In this document: one piece after another, positions 29,446 through 38,549 of the stretch
Layout: every line of letters starts with the position of its first letter
How positions within the stretch are numbered: position 1 is the stretch's first letter
Assembly: GCA_905215065.1 (NCBI GenBank)
Contig: CAJMOF010000005.1
Span: forward strand, 23,589-87,588
Direction of reading: 5' to 3'
From: an uncultured bacterium
Lineage (GTDB): Bacteria; Actinomycetota; Coriobacteriia; Coriobacteriales; Coriobacteriaceae
Length of the DNA: 64,000 bases
Program-made: the position numbers and the translations under genes
Notes under the pieces: generated by a model
Told to the model about the DNA's origin: nothing
Seen by the model: only the letters and a program-made list of their open reading frames with translations
Databases searched by the model: none

Positions 29446-30357
29446 TTGAGCGAGGGAATGGGGGTGCCCGTGGATATCATGCGAGAGGAATCGGGCAACG
29501 AGCCCGTCGCGGCATTTTCGATGTCGCATCCGGCGGTGCCGGCGCTCTACATGGTGCTGACGCTGGGCCTCACCATGTTCTCGATGCAGCCGGTGTTGAT
29601 TGCGCTGTCGCTTGCGGGCGGGTTGGCGTACGGGTTTGCGACGCGCGGCGCCGCGCGTACGTTGGGGGCGCTTCGCTGGCAGCTGCCGGTGATTTTGATC
29701 ATCGCGGTGCTCAATCCGCTGTTTAGCGCCTCGGGCTCGACGGAGCTGTTCCGTATTGGCATGCGTGCGGTGTATCTGGAGAGCATGGTTTACGGCCTGT
29801 GCATGGGCGGACTGTTTGTGGCGAGCGTGCTGTGGTTTGAGGCCGCGGCGTCGATGCTTAGCTACGACAAGGTGCTTGCGCTTTTGGGTGACGCCGCGCC
29901 GGTGATCGCGCTCATGATCTCGATGTGCATGCGGCTTATCCCGCAGTTTTTGCGCCGCGGCCGTACGGTACTGGCGGTGCAGGATGCGATTGATGTACCG
30001 GGGCGTGCGCCCACCGATCCCGTGCGATCGCGCCTGCGGGCGTCGAGCGTGCTGATGGGCTGGGGCATGGAGGATTCGCTGGAGCGCGCCGACGCCATGC
30101 GCTCGCGCGGATGGGGCGCCGCGACGCGCCGCACGACGTATGCGCGGTGTCGGCTGGGGCGCGGCGATGTTGCCGCGCTGGTTGGGCTTGCGCTGTTTGG
30201 TGCCGCCGCGGTGGCGGTGGCATGGACCGCGACAACGCAGTATTCGTTTTATCCGCAGCTCTCGGTGCCGGCGCCGTGGCTGGGCTATGTCGTGTACGCT
30301 GTCTGGATGATGCTGCCTTGCGCGTCGCACGCGATTGATGAGAAGAGGTTTGGCTGA
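29446..30357 (+). CDS. ecfT: ECF transporter transmembrane (T) component, CbiQ/EcfT family
   Basis: Multi-pass membrane protein with the FS.SHP..P..Y N-terminal pattern and an Arg-rich coupling-helix region. Start uncertain (TTG 29446, ATG 29458 or 29479). Confidence 0.7.
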   Translation: MSEGMGVPVDIMREESGNEPVAAFSMSHPAVPALYMVLTLGLTMFSMQPVLIALSLAGGLAYGFATRGAARTLGALRWQLPVILIIAVLNPLFSASGSTELFRIGMRAVYLESMVYGLCMGGLFVASVLWFEAAASMLSYDKVLALLGDAAPVIALMISMCMRLIPQFLRRGRTVLAVQDAIDVPGRAPTDPVRSRLRASSVLMGWGMEDSLERADAMRSRGWGAATRRTTYARCRLGRGDVAALVGLALFGAAAVAVAWTATTQYSFYPQLSVPAPWLGYVVYAVWMMLPCASHAIDEKRFG

Positions 30358-32000
30358 TGTCTCGGTTGGATAGGGGCCCGGTGTCGGGCGCGGCGTGCGG
30401 CCCGGATATTCCGGCGATTGAGGTGCAGGGCCTTAGTTTTGCCTATCCCGGGGCCGGGGCACCGGTGCTCGACGGGCTCGACTGGTCTGTTCCCCAAGGT
30501 GCGTTTGCACTGCTCGTTGGCGGTACCGGGTCGGGCAAGTCGACGCTGCTCTCGCTGCTCAAACCCGAGATCGCGCCGACGGGCGAATGCGCCGGCGAGC
30601 TGTGCGTGCTGGGTGAGAGCGTTGCCGATATGGACGTTCGGGCGTCCGCAGAGCGCATGGGCTATGTGTTTCAGGATCCCGAGAACCAGATTGTGTGCGA
30701 GACCGTGTGGCACGAGATGGCGTTTGGCCTGGAAAACTTAGGCATGTCGCGCGACGAGATGCGCCGCCGTGTTGCCGAGACCAGCTATTTCTTTGGTCTG
30801 GAGGACTGGCTTCATCGCGATACCGATACGCTTTCGGGTGGCCGCAAACAGCTGCTGTCGCTTGCCGCCGTCCTGGCACTGCGTCCGCGTGTGCTGCTAC
30901 TCGACGAGCCCACGTCTCAGCTCGATCCCGTTGCCGAGAAGAATTTTCTGCACGCGCTGTTTCGCGTGAACCGTGAGCTGGGCTGCACGGTTGTTGTGGC
31001 TACGCATCAACCGCGGCCGATGCTCGAGTATGCGACGTGTGCGTACCGGATTGAGGGCGGTCGCGTGCGCGAGGTGGCGGATATGGCTTCTTTGGGACGC
31101 CGAGAATCGCTGTTTTCCGACGACATGTTGGGGTGGGGTGCCGTCCGATGTGCAAAAAACGGAGTATTCAGCAGGCGTGAGGACAATTTGGGCTCTCTGG
31201 AGCCGCCCGGGGACGTATCGAGCGCGAAAAAAAGCTCGGAATTGGACAAATCGTCCGAATTTGTGGCGCAAACGTCGCTCGAGAACGGCTCGGAAGCCTT
31301 CCCGCGCACGGATGGGAGCAGAATACTCCAAAAAATGCACGCTGGGTCGGCTACCACCCTGTCGGAAGGCTGGTTTCGCTACGATCGCGCGTGCGGTTGG
31401 GTGCTGCGCGGGCTCGATGCGTCGTTTTCGGCTGGCGCGGTGCATGCAGTCGTGGGCGGAAACGGCTGCGGCAAGTCGACGATGCTTTCGGTGCTGGCCA
31501 AGACTGCCAAGCTGCAGCGTGGTCGTATGGTGCGCGGGGCGGCCTCGGCTGCGCTGCTGCCGCAGAACCCCAAGGCCCTGCTGGTTGCCGAGACGGTGCG
31601 CGACGAGCTGATGGAATGGGCCTCGACCTGCGGATATGACGAGAACTTGGCGCGGGAGCGTGCGGCGCAACTGGGATTGGACGGCCTGGAGACGCGCCAC
31701 CCCTACGATCTTTCGGGCGGACAGCGCCAGCTGCTTGCGTTGGCAAAGCTGCTGCTGATCGGCCCCGAGCTGCTGTTGCTTGATGAGCCCACCAAGGGCC
31801 TTGACCTGGCAAGTCGCTGCATTATCGCCCGCGCCCTGCGTGACCATGCGAAGGCTGGCGGCACCGTCATTATGGCCACGCACGATCTGGATTTTGCCGA
31901 GCAGGTTGCCGATGACATTGCCATGATGTTTGGCGGCGAGATCGCCTGCATGGAGCCGCCGACCGACTTCTTTGCCGACAACGTGTTTTATAGGGCGTGA
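30357..32000 (+). CDS. Fused ECF transporter ATPase (two ABC domains, EcfA1-EcfA2)
   Basis: Two Walker A sites (GGTGSGKST, GGNGCGKST), two signatures (LSGGRKQ, LSGGQRQ) and two Walker B sites (LLLDEPT twice). A ~100-aa low-complexity linker joins the domains. Confidence 0.88.
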   Translation: MSRLDRGPVSGAACGPDIPAIEVQGLSFAYPGAGAPVLDGLDWSVPQGAFALLVGGTGSGKSTLLSLLKPEIAPTGECAGELCVLGESVADMDVRASAERMGYVFQDPENQIVCETVWHEMAFGLENLGMSRDEMRRRVAETSYFFGLEDWLHRDTDTLSGGRKQLLSLAAVLALRPRVLLLDEPTSQLDPVAEKNFLHALFRVNRELGCTVVVATHQPRPMLEYATCAYRIEGGRVREVADMASLGRRESLFSDDMLGWGAVRCAKNGVFSRREDNLGSLEPPGDVSSAKKSSELDKSSEFVAQTSLENGSEAFPRTDGSRILQKMHAGSATTLSEGWFRYDRACGWVLRGLDASFSAGAVHAVVGGNGCGKSTMLSVLAKTAKLQRGRMVRGAASAALLPQNPKALLVAETVRDELMEWASTCGYDENLARERAAQLGLDGLETRHPYDLSGGQRQLLALAKLLLIGPELLLLDEPTKGLDLASRCIIARALRDHAKAGGTVIMATHDLDFAEQVADDIAMMFGGEIACMEPPTDFFADNVFYRA

Positions 32001-32004
32001 TGGG

Positions 32005-32718
32005 ATGGCGGATTATCGCATCGTGCGCCTACTCGCAAAACTGGAGATACCGCTGCTGCTGGCGGTGCCAGCCGTGATGGCTGCGGCGCTGCTGGCGGGC
32101 GTTGAGCAGGCGGCGCTCGCCATGCTTGTCGTGGTGGCGCTGGTGCTTGCGCTGTTCTTTGCAGGCTACGAGGCGTCGCGACCGGGCCTGCGCCAGATTA
32201 TGCCAACGCTGGTTCTGGCGGCGTTGGCCGCGGCGGGGCGCATCTTGTTTGGCCCCATTCCCGACTTTAAACCCGTGAGTGCCATCGCCATTATCGCGGG
32301 GGCGACGCTTGGCCGCCGCAATGGTTTTATGGTTGGCGCGCTGGCGGCGCTGACCAGCAATTTCTTTTTTGGACAGGGCATGTGGACGCCGTGGCAGATG
32401 TATGCTTGGGGTTTGGTGGGCTATATCGGTGGTGCGCTGGCGCATGCGGGCGCGTTTGACCGCGCCGATGGAACCGTGCGCATGCCGGCGCTGTTGGCGT
32501 ATGGCTTTGCGTCGGGCCTGCTGTATGGCGTCGTGATCAACGCCTACGACATTATCGGTTTTGTTCAACCGCTCACGTGGGCGGGTGCCATGGCGCGTCT
32601 TGCCACCGCCGTACCGTTCGATATCACGCACGGCCTTGCGACCTGCGTGTTTTTGGCCGCCTTGTACAGGCCTTGGTGCCGTCGCATCAACCGAGTCGTC
32701 GTGAAGTACGGACTGTAG
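32005..32718 (+). CDS. ECF transporter substrate-specific (S) component, substrate unknown
   Basis: About 6 TM small membrane protein immediately after ecfT and ecfAA'. ATG 32005. Confidence 0.6.
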   Translation: MADYRIVRLLAKLEIPLLLAVPAVMAAALLAGVEQAALAMLVVVALVLALFFAGYEASRPGLRQIMPTLVLAALAAAGRILFGPIPDFKPVSAIAIIAGATLGRRNGFMVGALAALTSNFFFGQGMWTPWQMYAWGLVGYIGGALAHAGAFDRADGTVRMPALLAYGFASGLLYGVVINAYDIIGFVQPLTWAGAMARLATAVPFDITHGLATCVFLAALYRPWCRRINRVVVKYGL

Positions 32719-32765
32719 GGCTGGTTGCGCCGGGGCGGGAATCAATACTGCCGAAGTGCCATTTT

Positions 32766-32917
32766 AAAACTATGCCGGTTTACGGGGCCAGATTGGCACA
32801 AGCAGACCATGCCGGCTATTTTTGAAATAGAGCAAGCCGTTTACCTGCGGTTTTATTATTTCGGAATTGCGTATGGTTGGGGGTTCGCGATTCAGCCCCG
32901 TAAACCGGCATAGTTTT
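32766..32917. mobile_element. MITE-like element, family 2, copy 1 (152 bp, 22-bp perfect TIR)
   Basis: AAAACTATGCCGGTTTACGGGG (32766-32787) and CCCCGTAAACCGGCATAGTTTT (32896-32917). The interior is homologous, in inverse orientation, to 63730-63881. Confidence 0.8.
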
Positions 32918-32947
32918 GAAATAGCCGGCTGATACGACGGGCATCGT

Positions 32948-33047
32948 GGCCCTCGGAGAGCCAAATTGATCCGTTTCCTTTCGCCTCCAGACGTTCCCAG
33001 GGAATCAGCTGAACCCGCCCGCCACGAAATCGGTCTATCTACTACGT
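32948..33047. repeat. Family 3 intergenic repeat, copy 1
   Basis: Contains GATCCGTTTCC and GCCACGAAATCGGTCTATCTACTACG modules, shared with 33152-33238 and 63921-64000. Confidence 0.6.
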
Positions 33048-33084
33048 TTGGCCCGACACCCCCAACCACAACCGTGTTTTATGA

Positions 33085-33118
33085 AAAACCGCAGGCTTTC
33101 TACCTGCGGTTTTCTTTT
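33085..33118. terminator. Hairpin between convergent ecfS and xthA
   Basis: AAAACCGCAGG CTTTCTA CCTGCGGTTTT followed by CTTTTT. Confidence 0.6.
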
Positions 33119-33151
33119 TGCGTTGTTCACTGTGGTCGAGGGTAGTGGCTT

Positions 33152-33238
33152 AAACGTAGTAGATGGGCGTGTTTCGTGGCGGATGGGTCACGCGGATACC
33201 CCCACGAGGCCCAAAATGATCCGTTTTCCTTCGTCTCC
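33152..33238. repeat. Family 3 intergenic repeat, copy 2 (inverted)
   Basis: CGTAGTAGATGGGCGTGTTTCGTGGC..GGATCATTTT (read as reverse complement) aligns with the window-end copy at 63921-64000. Confidence 0.65.
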
Positions 33239-33252
33239 GGGGGCAGCTGGAG

Positions 33253-34071
33253 CTAGAGCTCCAACGTAAGGGTGACGGGGCAGTGGTCGCTGCCAAAGAT
33301 GTCGCCGCGGATGCCCGTGTCGCGCACGTTGCCGGCGATTGCGTCGCTTACCAGGAAGTAGTCGATGCGCCAACCGGCGTTGTTCTTGCGGGCATTAAAG
33401 CGGTAGCTCCACCAGCTGTAGACGCCCTCGACGTCCGGATTTGCCGCGCGCCAGGTATCGGTAAACCCGGCGTTGAGCAGCTCGGTGAACTTGCCGCGCT
33501 CCTCGTCCGAAAAGCCGGCGTTGCCGCGGTTGGACTTGGGGTTCTTAAGGTCGATCTCCTCATGCGCCACGTTAAAGTCGCCGCAAGTTACGACGGGCTT
33601 GCCGGTCTCGCGTTCAAGCGCGCTCAAAAAGCCGCGATAGGCATCGTCCCAAGCCATGCGCACGTCGATGCGGGCGAGTTCGTTTTGCGCGTTGGGAGTG
33701 TAGACATCCACAAACCAGAACTTGTCGAACTCCAGCGCGCAGACGCGGCCCTCGGTTACGGCTTGGGTGACGAGTGCGGCCGCCTCGCCCTCGCCGGCGT
33801 AGGGTAACAGCGCGTCGGCGTGCAGCACGCGCAGCGGTTTCTGGCGGCTAAAGACCGCAGTGCCCGAATAGCCTTTACGCTCGGCGTAGCTCCAGGTTTG
33901 GTGATAGCCGGGCAGGTCAATATCGACCTGGCCTTCTTGCAACTTGGTCTCTTGCAGCGCCAGGATATCGACGTCGAGTTCTTGCGCGATCTGGATAAAG
34001 CTCGGGTCCTTTTTGAGCACGGCGCGCAGGCCGTTGACGTTCCACGAGGCGAAAGTGTAAGTCTGAGGCAT
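33253..34071 (-). CDS. xthA: Exodeoxyribonuclease III
   Basis: SWNVNGLRA, LQETK, GDFNVAH and SDHCPV motifs. Confidence 0.92.
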   Translation of the reverse strand: MPQTYTFASWNVNGLRAVLKKDPSFIQIAQELDVDILALQETKLQEGQVDIDLPGYHQTWSYAERKGYSGTAVFSRQKPLRVLHADALLPYAGEGEAAALVTQAVTEGRVCALEFDKFWFVDVYTPNAQNELARIDVRMAWDDAYRGFLSALERETGKPVVTCGDFNVAHEEIDLKNPKSNRGNAGFSDEERGKFTELLNAGFTDTWRAANPDVEGVYSWWSYRFNARKNNAGWRIDYFLVSDAIAGNVRDTGIRGDIFGSDHCPVTLTLEL

Positions 34072-34206
34072 GGTGTCCTTTCGACGGGGTTGGCAGGCTT
34101 AAGATTAGCGCAACAGGGGCGGGGTGGGCTCCGCGCATGCTGACTTAAAGGTCGCATGCTGGGATATCGCCCGACGCCGCCCGATCAACAAGGACGGAGG
34201 ACTCAT

Positions 34207-34959
34207 ATGACGCAGGCAATATCGGACCCCAGGCAGGCGTCCGCCGCGCTGGCGGATCTGTTTGACACCCACAAGCGCGTGGTCTTCTTTGGCGGCGCTG
34301 GTGTTTCCACGGCGAGCGGCATCCCCGATTTCCGCAGCGTGGACGGCCTGTATCACCAGCAGTTTGCCTATCCGCCCGAGACCATGCTGTCGCATAGCTT
34401 TTACGAGGCGCATCCGGCCGAGTTCTTCGACTTTTACCGCACCAAGATGATCGCGCTTAACGCTAAGCCCAACCGCTGTCACACCAAGCTGGCCGAGCTG
34501 GAGCGTGCCGGCAAGCTCGACGCCGTGGTGACGCAAAACATCGACGGCTTGCATCAGGCGGCTGGTTCACGGCGCGTGTTTGAGCTGCATGGCTCGGTAC
34601 ACCGCAATATCTGCCAGACGTGCGGCGCGGTCTACAGCGCCGAATGGATTTGCGCGCGCGAGCACGAGGATGCCGCGGGCATGCCCGTGTGCCCTACGTG
34701 CGGCGGTCGCATCAAGCCCGATGTGGTGCTCTACGAGGAGCCGCTCGACGAGCGCGTGCTGACCGGTGCCGTTACCGCCATCGCCGCCGCCGATGCCCTC
34801 ATTGTGGGCGGGACCTCGCTCGTAGTGTATCCGGCGGCGGGCCTCACGCGTTACTTTACTGGCGATACGCTGGCCATTTGCAATTTGGCGCCCACCGATC
34901 AGGATGCAAATGCCGACCTGCTGATTTCTTGCGACATCGCGGCCGCGTTTGCGTTCTAG
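34207..34959 (+). CDS. cobB: NAD-dependent protein deacylase (Sir2/CobB family)
   Basis: GAGVSTASGIPDFRS, QNIDGLH and HG motifs. Zn ribbon C..C..(n)..CP.CGG. RBS AAGGACGGAGGA lies upstream of ATG 34207. Confidence 0.88.
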   Translation: MTQAISDPRQASAALADLFDTHKRVVFFGGAGVSTASGIPDFRSVDGLYHQQFAYPPETMLSHSFYEAHPAEFFDFYRTKMIALNAKPNRCHTKLAELERAGKLDAVVTQNIDGLHQAAGSRRVFELHGSVHRNICQTCGAVYSAEWICAREHEDAAGMPVCPTCGGRIKPDVVLYEEPLDERVLTGAVTAIAAADALIVGGTSLVVYPAAGLTRYFTGDTLAICNLAPTDQDANADLLISCDIAAAFAF

Positions 34960-35053
34960 CCCGCGCGCGCGGATACAATAGAAAGACTGATTGCAAAGCG
35001 ACCCCGCCGTCAGCGCCCAAGCGCGGCGGCGTGGGCATTTTAGGAGGATGTTC

Positions 35054-36790
35054 ATGGCGAACGACAGCAAGACATGGCGGTGCGGAAAGTACGAGCTCAG
35101 CTTTGATCGTCCGCGCATCATGGGCGTCCTCAATGTGACGCCCGATTCGTTTAGCGACGGCGGGGAGCACTTCGACCCGGATGCCGCCATCGAGTACGGC
35201 CTGGCGATGCTTGACGCCGGCGCCGACATCATCGACGTGGGCGGTGAGTCCACGCGCCCCGGCTTTACCCCGGTTAATCCCGACGAGGAGGCTCGCCGCG
35301 TGCTGCCCGTGGTGCGCGCGCTGGCCAAAGAGGGCGCCATCGTCTCGATCGACACGCGCCACGTGGCGGTTGCCAAGGCGGCCGTGCGCTGCGGCGCCTC
35401 GATCGTCAACGACGTGACGGGCTTCACCGACCCCAAGATGGTCGAGTTTGTTAAGACGAGCACCTGCGGCGTCATCGTGATGCATGCCGGCGAGGTCGCC
35501 GCGCCCGCACGCACGCACGCAACGGTGCAGCTCGATACCTCGGCTGCGGCGTTTGTTGCCGAGAAGGCGCGTGAGGCGGCTGCCGAGGCCGCGCGTGAGG
35601 CTGAGAAGCCGGCTCGCCGCCGTCGCGGCAAGTTGCTGGGCGAGCCTAAGCCGGAGGCCAAGCTTCCGGGCGGCGTGGTGCAGCCCTCGTTGCCGTTTGG
35701 CGATCCGGAGCCCGCGCCGGAGCCCACGGACGAGCAGAAGCAGGAGACGCCGGCCGCCGAGCAGGCTGCTGCCGCCGAGACCGTCGCGCCCGCGCCCGAG
35801 GCCACCGAGGCCGCATCGGAGCCCAATGACCGCCTGGCCGCCATGATGCGCCGCAGCGCCCGCCGCGAGGAAGCCTACGTGCCCACCTCGCAGCTCCGCC
35901 GCTTCACCCTGCCCGATTCGGCGCCCATCATGCGCCGCGTCATGGGCTTTCTGTCCGACCAGGCCCGCGCGCTCATCCACGCCGGCGTGTCGCGCGACCG
36001 CATCTGCATCGATCCCGGTCCGGGCTTTGGCAAGACGGCCAACGAGGACATCGTCATCCAGCGCGAGACTGCCAAGATGGCGTCACTGGGCTATCCGCTC
36101 ATGTGCGCCGTATCGCGCAAGCGCTTTGTGGGCGCCGTCTCGGGCGTGACCGAGGCCGCCGAGCGCGATGCCGCTACGTTTGGCGTGTGCCTGGGCGCCA
36201 TCCAGGCCGGTGCCAACATCGTGCGCGTGCACGACGCCGCGGGTTTTGCGCAGTTCCTGAACGGCTACTGGGCAGTTGCCAAGCCGCAGCCGCGCCGCGC
36301 GTTTGTGGCCGTGGGCTCCAACCTGGGGCATCGCTGTGACAACATCCGCGCCGCACGCGACATGATCGCCGAGATTCCACTCACCTGCGTGTCCAACTCC
36401 TCCAAGATCTACGAGAGCGAGCCGGCCTACGAGACGCGCCAGGACGCGTTTGCCAACGCCGTCATCGAGATTAAGACCGAGCTGGCGCCGTTGGTGCTGC
36501 TCGACGAGCTCATGAAGATCGAGGCCGAGCTGGGTCGCGACCGCTCCAAAAAGGCCAAGGCCAACGGTCCGCGCACCATCGACTTGGACCTGCTGTGGAT
36601 GGACGGCGAGACCCACGGCGGCAAAAAGCTGCGCCTGCCGCATCCGCTGATCGGCGAGCGTGACTTTGTGCTGGTGCCGCTCGAGGACCTGATGCACGAC
36701 CCGGCGCGGTTCTTCCGCTATAACGGTGTCGAGGTCAAGGAACCCGAGGATCGCGTGGGCCATATCGTGGGCGAATTGGGGCGTATGTAG
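35054..36790 (+). CDS. folP: Fused dihydropteroate synthase / 6-hydroxymethyl-dihydropterin pyrophosphokinase
   Basis: DHPS motifs IMGVLNVTPDSFSDGG, DVGGESTRPG and DPGPGFGKT. HPPK motifs VGSNLG, GPRTIDLDLL, LPHP and RDFVLVPL. A large Ala/Glu/Pro-rich insert lies inside the DHPS part. Confidence 0.88.
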   Translation: MANDSKTWRCGKYELSFDRPRIMGVLNVTPDSFSDGGEHFDPDAAIEYGLAMLDAGADIIDVGGESTRPGFTPVNPDEEARRVLPVVRALAKEGAIVSIDTRHVAVAKAAVRCGASIVNDVTGFTDPKMVEFVKTSTCGVIVMHAGEVAAPARTHATVQLDTSAAAFVAEKAREAAAEAAREAEKPARRRRGKLLGEPKPEAKLPGGVVQPSLPFGDPEPAPEPTDEQKQETPAAEQAAAAETVAPAPEATEAASEPNDRLAAMMRRSARREEAYVPTSQLRRFTLPDSAPIMRRVMGFLSDQARALIHAGVSRDRICIDPGPGFGKTANEDIVIQRETAKMASLGYPLMCAVSRKRFVGAVSGVTEAAERDAATFGVCLGAIQAGANIVRVHDAAGFAQFLNGYWAVAKPQPRRAFVAVGSNLGHRCDNIRAARDMIAEIPLTCVSNSSKIYESEPAYETRQDAFANAVIEIKTELAPLVLLDELMKIEAELGRDRSKKAKANGPRTIDLDLLWMDGETHGGKKLRLPHPLIGERDFVLVPLEDLMHDPARFFRYNGVEVKEPEDRVGHIVGELGRM

Positions 36791-37492
36791 ATGATCGAGA
36801 TGAATGCTGTTGTCGCCGGTACCGAGCTCGACGCGGCGCGTGACGCGGGCCGCGAGGGCGTGTCCGCGGGCTGGTGCGCGTGGAGCGTGGGCGATGCTTC
36901 GCTGACGTTTTCGCTGGTTGTGCGCCCCGATGTGAACATGCATGCCTTCCACGGCCTGCCGTTTGTGGCCGCGATGGGCATGATGGACGCGCTCGTGGGC
37001 ACGGCTTCGACGCCGGGGTTGGGCCTTGCCGGTAAAGTGGGTATCCAGTGGCCGAGCGATATCGTGTGCGGTGCGCCTGCGTTTGAGGCGTCGCTCGCGC
37101 GTGTTGCCGTGAACGGCGGTGCCGGTGCTGCGGGCATGTTTGCCGCGGTGACGGTTGATATTGAGCGTGCGGCGCTGGGTGAGCTTGGCGTGGATATGGC
37201 AGATGAGGCGCTGATCGAGGCATTGGCCGCCGCTGTGCTGACCCGCGTTGACGCCTGGGCGGTTGCCGCCAACACGCCGCAGGCCGCTGCCGGCCCGCTG
37301 GCTCCGGTGCTGGGCGAGTACTTTGACATGGTGCCACTGCTGGGTCGCCAGGTTGCGGCGGTGTCGCCCAACGGCTTGCCGCTCGCAGTCGGCGTGTTTG
37401 CGGGCCTGGACATCTGGGGCCGCGCGACCATCAAGACCGACGCCGGCGAGCAGGAGTTTCCGCCCGAGGCCGTACGGATTCGCGGACTGTAA
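36791..37492 (+). CDS. Biotin/lipoate protein ligase-like domain protein (BirA-like, signature degenerate)
   Basis: SLTFSLVVRP..(LPFVAAMGMMDAL)..VGIQWPSDIV follows the BPL catalytic-domain pattern. The GRGRxGRxW biotin loop is replaced by GREGVSAGWCAW. Confidence 0.4.
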   Translation: MIEMNAVVAGTELDAARDAGREGVSAGWCAWSVGDASLTFSLVVRPDVNMHAFHGLPFVAAMGMMDALVGTASTPGLGLAGKVGIQWPSDIVCGAPAFEASLARVAVNGGAGAAGMFAAVTVDIERAALGELGVDMADEALIEALAAAVLTRVDAWAVAANTPQAAAGPLAPVLGEYFDMVPLLGRQVAAVSPNGLPLAVGVFAGLDIWGRATIKTDAGEQEFPPEAVRIRGL

Positions 37493-37590
37493 CGCGAGGC
37501 GCCCGCGCTCAAAGATAGCGATGACAACGAAGCCCTCTTCGGCCTGTGCCGGGGAGGGTTTCGCCTATCTGGGGAATGGGTTGCCAGCGC

Positions 37591-37632
37591 CCTATTCCTC
37601 AAAACTGAAAAATTTTCGTTTTTGAGGAATAG
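37591..37632. repeat. Palindromic element, copy 1 (AT-rich loop hairpin)
   Basis: CCTATTCCTCAAAA..TTTTGAGGAATAGG. Confidence 0.75.
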
Positions 37633-37676
37633 GAAACATGCACGATATCGCTGCGCTGGGCGTATTCGAGGAGTCT

Positions 37677-37718
37677 CTATTCCTCAAAATTGAAAATTTT
37701 TCAGTTTTGAGGAATAGG
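37677..37718. repeat. Palindromic element, copy 2 (overlaps the last codons and stop of coaX)
   Basis: CTATTCCTCAAAA..TTTTGAGGAATAGG. The coaX C-terminus ..PIPQN and its TGA are encoded by the right arm. Confidence 0.75.
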
Positions 37719-38549
37719 CTTGGCGAACGTTTGCGGGGCTGTGGCATCGGACGTGCTCGACTTATGCCCCTGTTTTACCCCCAGCTTCTGCATGCGGCGG
37801 TAGATTTCGCAGATGCCCTTGATGGTGAGTTGGCCGTCCACCACGTCGAAGGCATCGGTCGAATCGGCGACGATGCCGGCGAGACCGCCCGTGGCGATAA
37901 CGGTGGCATCCTCGCGGCCCAGCTCGCGCTTCATGCGCGCGACCAGGCCCTCGGCCATGGCGGCAGCGCCCACCACGGCGCCGACCTTGATGCACTCTTC
38001 GGTGTCGCGACCGATGGCGTGCTCGGGCGCCTCGAGCGGCACGCTGGCGAGCTTGGCGGCACGGGCGGCAAGCGCGTCCATGGAGATGCGGATGCCCGGC
38101 GCAATCGCCCCGCCAATGTAATAACCGTCCTCATCGATGACGTCGATATTGGTCGCGGTGCCAAAGTCCACCACGATTGCCGGCGCGCCGTAGAAAGTCT
38201 CGGCCGCAACGGCGTTGGCGACGCGGTCGGCGCCCACGGCCTGGGGGCGCGCCGCGCGCAGCTTGGTCACGGCGGCCGTCTGCGGCCCGATGACGATGGC
38301 GTCTGCGGCAATGCGGTCGGCCACGGCGTGCCACTCGCGCGAGAGCTGCGGCACCACGCCCGCAAAGGCGATCGCGTCAACCGCATCGAGCGAGAGGCCG
38401 TACATCTTAAAGAAACCCATCAGGCGCACGTGGATCTCGTCGGCGGTATAGGAGCGGTCGGTGGGCATACGCCACGACTGCACCAGCTCGTCTCCGTCAA
38501 ACAGACCCATGGCCGTCTGCGTGTTTCCCATATCGATAGCGAGCAGCAT
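37701..38549 (-). CDS. coaX: Type III pantothenate kinase
   Basis: MLLAIDMGNT, VVDFGTATN and ATGG motifs. ATG 38549 is preceded by GGGAG. The longer ORF to 38909 runs antisense through the tRNA. Confidence 0.88.
   Translation of the reverse strand: MLLAIDMGNTQTAMGLFDGDELVQSWRMPTDRSYTADEIHVRLMGFFKMYGLSLDAVDAIAFAGVVPQLSREWHAVADRIAADAIVIGPQTAAVTKLRAARPQAVGADRVANAVAAETFYGAPAIVVDFGTATNIDVIDEDGYYIGGAIAPGIRISMDALAARAAKLASVPLEAPEHAIGRDTEECIKVGAVVGAAAMAEGLVARMKRELGREDATVIATGGLAGIVADSTDAFDVVDGQLTIKGICEIYRRMQKLGVKQGHKSSTSDATAPQTFAKPIPQN

Noticed and set aside
34207-34959. Sir2-domain gene as a possible anti-phage (Sir2-type) defence effector.
   Set aside because: It has the full canonical sirtuin deacylase motifs, including the Zn ribbon. 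It is of normal CobB size with no fused sensor domain or partner gene, and it sits among housekeeping genes.
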